This document shows, one piece after another, positions 56,090 through 64,000 of a DNA stretch of 64,000 nucleotides. The first letter of the stretch is position 1. Each line of letters starts with the position of its first letter. The notes under the pieces are model-generated. The model was not told the DNA's origin. It saw only the letters and a program-made list of their open reading frames with translations, and searched no databases. This DNA comes from Eledone cirrhosa (Eukaryota). Made by a program: the position numbers and the translations under genes. The DNA lies in the NCBI GenBank assembly GCA_964016885.1, contig OZ024742.1, positions 148,800,001 through 148,864,000 of the forward strand. The letters are read 5' to 3'.

Positions 56090-56957
56090 CTAAAAGAAAA
56101 TGAAACCCAACGTTACTAAAACATGCTGTCAGCATATATATATGTTTGCCATCATTTTGCATCTGTATTACTTTAATGCATACTATTATTAACTATCTGT
56201 GTAATATGCTTCATATACTCACTTTTAATAATACCTTCTTTACACCGCCCAATATTTTGCTATCTTTTCACTGTAATATTTTATTACTCTTGTTTTTCAA
56301 TATGATGTCACTGACTATAATTGTTTCTACTTTCGGCACAAGGCCAGCAATTACCCAGTGCATTACTAGTTCTTTATTTTATCGACCCCGTAAGGATGAA
56401 AGGCAAAGTTAACCTCGGCGAGATTCGAACTCAGAATAAACATTGTGTATGCTCCGATGATTCCAGACAGCTGTCTGGAAGAAACGATCGTCAGCAATTA
56501 AATGCATTAAACAAAAATTTGATTATTTTATATTTTATATTTCTGCTCTGTAATATATCTGATAATTTACATTGAGCTAATTTTCTTACTGGTAATAGGG
56601 TAATACAAAATATTACCCTTTCTTATTTATAATTGTATATAGATTATATATATAAGTATAAATAATATTATTATTATTATATTATATACCTATAAAGTTT
56701 ATTAGATAACACAGCTAGTTTTAAGTCATTATATATTTAGTTGAAATCCCACTGAGGTTAACTTTGCCTTACATCCTTCTGGGGTCAATAAAATAAAGTA
56801 CAAGTAATGTACTGGGATAACTACTGGCCTTGTGCCAAAGGTAGAAACAACTATATATTTATAACGTCTACATCAATTCCTATATTGAATCAACTAATAT
56901 ACCAAAGCAATAGAAAATACAAAGATAGTTAAAAAAAAAAAAGTTTTCATTCAGATT

Positions 56958-57340
56958 TGAGTGGACTGGAGCAATGTGAAATAAAGTGTCTTGCTCAAGG
57001 AAACAACACATCACCCGGTTCAATTCTCAGACCGTGTGATGTGTTGTTTCCTTGAGCAAGACACTTTATTTCACATTGCTCCAGTTTACTCAGTTGTAGA
57101 AATGAGATGATAGGGACTGGAGTCCCTATCATTCCACTGCAAAGTGGTCGTGGAGGTGCCACGGCAAAAAAGCACCCAGCCCACACTGTAAAGTGGACGT
57201 GTAGGTGCCACGGAAAAAAAGCACCCACCACTCACTGTAAATGAGGTTGGTGTTAAGAAGGGCATCCAGCTGTAAAAATCAAGCCAGAATCAGTTCCCAT
57301 CCCACCCTTGCAAGCAGGGAAAAGCAGACGTAAAATTAAA
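56958..57340 (+). mobile_element. SINE copy whose 5' part is a 62-bp fold-back (56958-57019 / 57031-57092)
   Basis: The body matches the SINE at 36250; the tRNA-like head is replaced by an inverted copy of its own sequence. Confidence 0.85.
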
Positions 57341-57758
57341 TGGGAAAAAAAAAAAATGAAATGATTTTCCTAATTTGGAATAGTAAACTTACAATTCTAT
57401 AGACAAAATGAGGAAAATTATGAAATTTACAATCTATAATTCATATTTGGTTCAATTAAATAATTTTTCGATTCCAATTTCTTATTTTAGAGCATTCATT
57501 TTGCAGTTTCCTCATTCATTTTTCATGTCTATGACTTTCACACTGAATTTGCTTAATCAGACCAAGACATTTTCTAATGATTGAATATGACTGTTCAACA
57601 ACTTACATTCACAGCCAATGAACTAAAACAATGACTCGTATTCACCCCTTCTTTCAAGAACTTCAAAATCGAAGTTGTATTCATTGTTTTAATTAAGTAC
57701 TCTAAATATCTAAAATGAATCCTGTCATTTCTATGAAATAATAGTTAAATGTTCTAAC

Positions 57759-57899
57759 CTGTAGAGCTTTAATTACATGGATATTACAAACATCAATTTC
57801 TGGATGCTTCACACCAGTGAAGTCTTTTCTAGCAACCATAACGCCCTCCTTGAAGAGGTGTTCATATATGGCAACTCGATTCTTTTTGGGCATCAACAT
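57759..57899 (-). CDS. RPS10: RPS10 coding exon 1 ([26 protein letters not shown]...HVIKALQ)
   Basis: Canonical eS10 N-terminus; acceptor tttcAG one nt before the ATG; donor GTTAGA. The five exons sum to 474 nt, i.e. 157 aa plus stop. Confidence 0.97.
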
Positions 57900-58954
57900 C
57901 CTGAAATGAAAAAATATATGTAATTAGAAAACAAAATAGAAATCTTGATATAGAACAAACATGCAACAAATGTTAGGAAGTTATCATTTAACTTCTGTTT
58001 TTCCATGCTGGCATATCATAATACATAGATAAATTAGATAAAAAGACCTACAAGATAACAATTGTCGACTGGTATTAACAAAAGTATGAAAAATTAGTCT
58101 GAAACCCTCTCCGAGAGAGGTTATGTGGTCGCTCCACCTGCTGCGTAAAGCAACTAAAAACACTTCACTTTAAATAAGGAAACCACGTTGGAAAATGTAA
58201 TCCTAAAAAAAGATAATAGTCACAATTGGAATGGTTTGATGGTAGGCCAACTTGATCAAGTTGGTCTGCTGCTATTTAGTAGTTTGTGTTGCGCTCACTT
58301 TTTTAAAATGAGCTTCTATACATGATCGTTAGGCCTCCTAGAACTAGCAGATAAATATTCCTAAAATTACATGGCATCGTTATGAAATAACACTGGATAG
58401 AAAGGGCCACTTCCTCCAGTCCAATATATACCCACAAATGTTACAATAACTAGATATAATGACAATATTTGATCTATTGATTCCTGGATACTCATAGCGT
58501 GGGGAGATTTACATGATCACTGATTTGTTAGAAATAGCCATGGAAATCACTCCCAACAATATGCTCTTTGAGGCATTTGAATACATTATGGTTAAAAAAG
58601 AAAGACGGTGACAATCGGAATCTTCTTGATCAAATGACGTTGGTATAGACTTGTAAAATCATCCCACCTTATGACGAGGATTCACGTTTAAAGGAAACGT
58701 GGTTTAAATTCTATAAGATAGACATTTAATATTTCCATTTTTAGCAATAAATGATTGTGAAAATATGACATAATACCTGTTTTGATTTTTGTCTTTGAAC
58801 TATGACACGATATAAAATATTAATCTACAAGGTGGGTTGAAAATTACGTTTGGCCTACTGCGGCCAATTTTAAATTCACCTAAAGGAAAACACGTGCTTA
58901 AGATTTAAAACACTTTTTCTATTGTATGTACAATATTCACTTACATCAACGTAC

Positions 58955-60311
58955 ATTTGCTAAGGCTTTTAATTCTGTGCCACACAAAAGACTTATGGCA
59001 AAACTCTCTGCAATGGGTGTGAGGGATGATCTTTTCGACTGGCTGAAATCCTTCATTCTCAGCCGAAAGGAAGTAGTCACGGTTCTAGGACAGCGTTCTT
59101 CACCATATGAGATGTCATCTGGTGTACCACAGGGATCTGTTCTTGGTCCTCTTTTGTTTGTGGCATATATTAATGACATAGATGCCAACTTACAGAATGC
59201 CACGGTACTAAAATATGCAGATGACATCAAGCTGTACCTTGAAATCAAAAGGACTGATCCTGAAATTTACAACTCTTTCCTACAATCAGACCTGGACACA
59301 ATGCAGCAATGGATCACAGACTGGCAACTGAAGCTGGCTGTGGACAAGTGTACCACCATGCATTTTGGAAGGAAAAATCCAGCGTCCACATACTCCCTCC
59401 ACAACACTGACATCAAAAAGTCCTCTTGTGAACGTGACGTGGGCATTACTGTCAGCAACGATTTGCGTTGGACAAAGCATGTCTCTAAGATTGTCAAGAA
59501 GGCCGAGGGTGTCTTGGCATCACTCAGCAAGACCTTTGTTAGCCGCTCTCCAGCCATCTATTTAAAACTGTATACAGCTATGGTGTGACCACACTTGGAA
59601 TTCGCATCATCAGTCTGGAACCCCTATCTTGCTCGGAACATTGACCTCCTGGAAACTGTTCAGAGACGTGCAACCAAGCGCATACCCTCCATCAGACACC
59701 TACCATACTCTGAACGCCTTGCTTCCCTGGGCATGGATTCATTGAAGCTCCGACGTCTGGCAATGGACTTGGTGAATACCCACAAAGTTTTTAACCATCT
59801 CGCCAACTGCAACCCTGAGCGCCTCTTTGATCTCCATGTGTCTAACACACGTGGACATGCCTACAAGATAAGAAAACAGCACAGCTCCCATGACTTTCGC
59901 AGACATTTTTTCACGCTCAGAGTTGCTGAAGCATGGAACAAACTGCCTGCGTCAATTGTTAGCTGCCGAGACACTGCATCCTTTAAGACACTCATGCTTC
60001 CCGAAATACGCCAAAACTACACCTGATGTGCCCCTTCCATACACATGTACACATGTGTGCATCATGACTCGTGCACTGTTCATTTTACTGATGTTTGTGC
60101 ATTGCCCTATGTACTGTATATGCACTTTTTTGATGAGTTGTGGTGCACCTGGGCACTGTACACAATATTTCATTATTGTTATTATATCATGACTCATACA
60201 CTGTTTATTTTCCTGACATTTGTACATTATTCTATGTACTATACATGCACCTTTGATGAGTTGTAGTGCACCTGAGCACTGTACACAATAATTTCATTAT
60301 TATTATTATTA
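58955..60311 (+). mobile_element. 5'-truncated CR1-group LINE (RT C-terminal half), antisense in RPS10 intron 1
   Basis: FAKAFNSVPH, SGVPQGSVLGPLLF, YADDIKLY, LETVQRRATK, TRGH..K and WNKLP motifs; one internal TGA (59586-59588); duplicated 3' UTR and (TTA)n tail. Confidence 0.92.
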
Positions 60312-60520
60312 TACAAAAACTAATTTCCTTCCGTCGTTTCCGTCCTGATCTGTAAATCTACTTTAACTGAACCCTAAAATACGAGTTTGTTCCAAGAATG
60401 AAAATTTCAAATGCAAAATCTGTTTTTTCTATATATATATATATATATATACACACATAATAGCTCTGTACTATACATAGAGCACTCTTCTTCCTTTTAC
60501 CTTTTCTACGGAAATACTTA

Positions 60521-60551
<31 letters not shown>

Positions 60552-60620
60552 AATTCAGCGAGAAACGCATTCCAGCGAGTAGAAAAAGCGAAACGTAACG
60601 CAAATTTAGAGTCAGGTTGG

Positions 60621-60659
<39 letters not shown>

Positions 60660-61383
60660 CAACCTGACTTTGAATTTGCGTTTCGTTCGGCTTTATATAT
60701 ATATATATATATAAAGCCGAACGAAACCGCTTGGCGCCGCGATTGGGATTTACATATTTCTCTAACTCTAAGAAAATTCAACACTAAAGCGAAAGTAATT
60801 CGTTTCAGTAATTTAAAAGAACCAAAGTCTTTACATTATCATTTTAATTTAATTGTTGCTATATAAACGCGCGCGGGGGCAATGTATGAGTTGCATCTTC
60901 ACATTTCCTATATCACATACATTAAAAAAATTAATTTTATAAAGAAATCATTCTTATTGATAGGTATAATAAACATTAAACGTTAACTTATTCAACGGTA
61001 ACGATAGTTTTTTTTTCTATTTATAGTTAGCGCGATGTCAGAAAGACAGTATTGAAAATCTTAGCCACGTGTTTGAAACTTACTCTGAGAAGCAGCCATT
61101 CAAATGATACAAATAATTTATAATAAATGTCTTTCAGCACAATTTAATATTTAATAAAACCTAAATATCGTAACATATACAAAATTCTAAAGGTATCTTA
61201 ACAGAAAATGGCCATGAATCTATAGTGCAGTACACTACACAATAAATTTAGAAATTGATTCCAAATAAATAGTCTAAATGAACTAAAAATATATGGAAAT
61301 GACGAAGAAAGAGTTAAATCATATAAATAAAACATAATGAAAGATGGATGAACATTCTGAAAAACATAATTAAATGGATATAC

Positions 61384-61438
61384 CTGGAAAATTAAATCAG
61401 TCGAGCTGTAGATAGGAGCGAATAAACCGGAAAGGAAG
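61384..61438 (-). promoter_or_regulatory. RPS10: Candidate RPS10 non-coding first exon A with a 5'TOP/TCT start
   Basis: CTTCCTTTCC-GGTTT...ttttccag|GTATAT on the minus strand. Confidence 0.6.
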
Positions 61439-61653
61439 TTCACTCGTTCAATAGAATCAAAGCAAAGATAACTCAATGATTGGTTACTATACGCAGGAAC
61501 ATATAAATACGTAGTTTTGTTTTTTAGATACTCAATATGAACCCAAATAAGATAGGACAGCTAGAAAATAAGTAAATACAATTTATTAAATAATATTTGG
61601 GAATAGATGAAAATAAATCATGTTCAAATAGAAATATTTAGAGAGTAACTTAC

Positions 61654-61694
61654 TTGGTATACACGTTAATGTATCTCAAACCGGAAGAGGAAGG
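61654..61694 (-). promoter_or_regulatory. RPS10: Candidate RPS10 non-coding first exon B with a 5'TOP/TCT start
   Basis: CCTTCCTCTTCC-GGTTT...taccaa|GTAAGT; splicing to 57900 gives ccaaGATG. Confidence 0.65.
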
Positions 61695-61877
61695 ATTCAA
61701 GAAAGATAACTCAATGATAATTAGAGTTTTATTGTAAAGAAGAGTTACACAAATTAGTCATCTTTTTAATGATCTAGTTAGTTATTATTGGTTTTCGTTT
61801 AAACGGAGAATGAAATAACAATTTTAATATATAGTATATAAATTTGTTTATTCTTTTTCAACTTTTTTCTCTCATAG

Positions 61878-63019
61878 AATATTGGGCACTACCATGCTAT
61901 TAGCTGTCAGAAGTGAAAGTTTCGTCAACCTTCTCAATCGTAAACATCGTTTATTTCCGTATTACCACGCGTTATTTTAATAAAGCATAGGGCGGTGGAT
62001 TGGCAGTATCGGTAGAGGGTCTGACGCCATGCTTTGCAGCAAAGAGTTACGCCCCTTTATGGTTTGAGTTCAAATCCCGCCGAGGTTAACTTTGCCTTTC
62101 ATCCTTACGGGGTCGATAAAATAAAGTACCAGTAATGCACTGGATAATTGCTGGCCTTGTGCCAAAAGTAGAAACAGTTATTTTAATAAAGCATATCGAT
62201 GTAAGTGGAGTTACTTAAATGAAAATATAGGTGGCCCTTAATAGTGCCAAATTAGAAAACAAGTTATGGTTATCAAATAAATTGGATTTAATCATTTATA
62301 TTTTCATAGTCATGGTTATCAATGTAGAAAACAAGTCATTTTCACCAACAGTGGAGTTAAATTAAATGAAAATATAGGTGGCCCTTAAAAGTGCCAAATT
62401 AGAAAACAAATATATGGTTATCAAATTTTTTTCACCAACCCTATACATGAAATTGATAACCATGACTATGAAAATATAAATGATTAAATCCAATTTATTT
62501 GATAACCATGACTTGTTTTCTAATTAACTTAAATTTGTTTTCTAATTTGTCCCTTTTAAGGGCCACCTATATTTTCATTTAAGTAACTCCACTTACATCG
62601 ATATGCTTTATTAAAATAACTGTTTCTACTTTAGGCACAAGGCCAGCAATTACCCAGTGCATTACTGGTACTTTATTTTATCGACCCCGTAAGGATGAAA
62701 GGCAAAGTCAACCTCGGCGGGATTTGAACTCAGATCGTAAAGGGACGTAACTATGCTGGAAAGCATGGCGTCCGACCGTCTACCGATACTGCCAATCCAC
62801 ACCTGTTTGTGTGTTGTATGTGGTCCTAGATGTATGTATTACCTGCTTGTGTGTTGTATGTGGTCCTAGATGTGTGTATTACCTGCTTGTGTGTTGTATG
62901 TGGTCCTAGATGTGTGTATTACCTGCTTGTGTAACGCGTGGTATTACGGAAATAAACTATTGAGAAGGTTGACGAAACTTTCACTTCTGACAGCTAATAG
63001 CATGGTAGTGCCGAATATT
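61878..63019. repeat. Long inverted duplication (61878-62323 / 62452-63019) containing a SINE and a 40-bp tandem array
   Basis: Arms are collinear reverse complements with few mismatches. The left-arm SINE has the TSD gttattttaataaagcata; a 40-bp unit is repeated 3.3 times at 62801-62932. Confidence 0.92.
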
Positions 63020-64000
63020 GTATACATTTATGGGAGCCAATGAACACAAGTTGAACAATTGTGATTACATGTAGACGAACTTTATAGAAAAATGTTACAT
63101 ATTGTTTTTAAATTTATATTGTGTTATATAGAGATAGCCGAACATACATAGAAAAAAAAATAACAACGGCAAACTTGCAGAAGAACACCCCCGCCGATTT
63201 CAGTGACGAATAATTTATTTTTCCTTGGTTTCTACACTCCTCTCGCGTTTGAGATTTTTTTTTTCTTAGGTTTTTTTTTCGCCTGGTATCGACGAATCTG
63301 ACCTCCAAACACGCTAACACTAACCCTAACTAAAAAACGAATAATATAACACGAAAAATAAGGAGAAATTGTAAAGAATACTCTGGGGAGGGTGCGGTGA
63401 AAAGTACGAGGGTTCCCCATCTCCCCTTCCCTTTTCCGGGAAAAAAAAGTCCTTTCATAATGTCAAAATAATTTCATACCGAACAACAGACGGCTGCTTA
63501 TCATAAACTCCGAAGGTCCCTCCCTCTTCAAAAAAGTCGATTGCGAGTGAGTTAGAGGTCAGATTAGTAGATAACACGAAAAAAAAAAAAAATTTCTCAC
63601 CGAAACCCCACCGATTACTTTTCTATAAATTTATATTTTAGTCAATAGGATAGGAGGTTTAAAGGAAATTTCGAATGTTATATTTACATGCAGTTTTGTG
63701 CTCCACCAACTTTGTTTCCTCATAACATTCATAATGTATAGTGCATGTTTTATTTGTAGATTATATTTATAATTAATTAGATGTTAAGTATATATAACAG
63801 GTCTGGACTACTGAGGTCGATTATAAAAACCCACCCTACTCGCCTTCGCCGCCGTAAGCGCTACGTCATTTCTACTATGTGGAAAATGTTCTATCAATAT
63901 TGCCTAAATGATGTTGGCATAGACTTTAAAATCCGCCCCTGAAAATCAGTACTGCGAAAACTGAGACACTCGTCCTCTCAAGGAAGCCTGCGCAGTGCAC

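Noticed and set aside
62801-62932. Regular 40-bp repeats as a CRISPR-like array (also 43543-44110 and 31610-31745)
   Set aside because: Head-to-tail units without unique spacers, no cas genes, and a eukaryotic context.

Overview
Eukaryotic, AT-rich, repeat-dense DNA. An octopus-like cephalopod is inferred from the (TA)n/(GT)n/(CATA)n density and the SINE and LINE content; this was not tested. Two convergent spliced genes can be read. (1) The last three coding exons of an uncharacterised + strand gene (5501-5666, 26843-26946, 28920-29038; splice phases fit). Its 21-kb intron holds an 8.8-kb CAC-based satellite, the source of the giant false ORFs. (2) A complete - strand RPS10 gene (5 coding exons, 157 aa) with two tandem 5'TOP first-exon candidates and an intronic C/D snoRNA predicted to guide U6 C62 methylation (SNORD94-like). 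The rest is decayed mobile DNA: R4/Dong-, CRE-, RTE-, Tx1/L1- and CR1-type LINEs, Penelope-like elements, mariner, piggyBac and hAT remnants, MITEs and tRNA-derived SINEs. The most striking unannotated signal is a cluster of about ten sequence-unrelated minimal type I hammerhead-ribozyme motifs in the first 11 kb. They lie in short non-coding modules embedded in (TA)n, and several modules are near-perfect fold-back palindromes. All calls are by-eye reading; no searches or folding programs were run.
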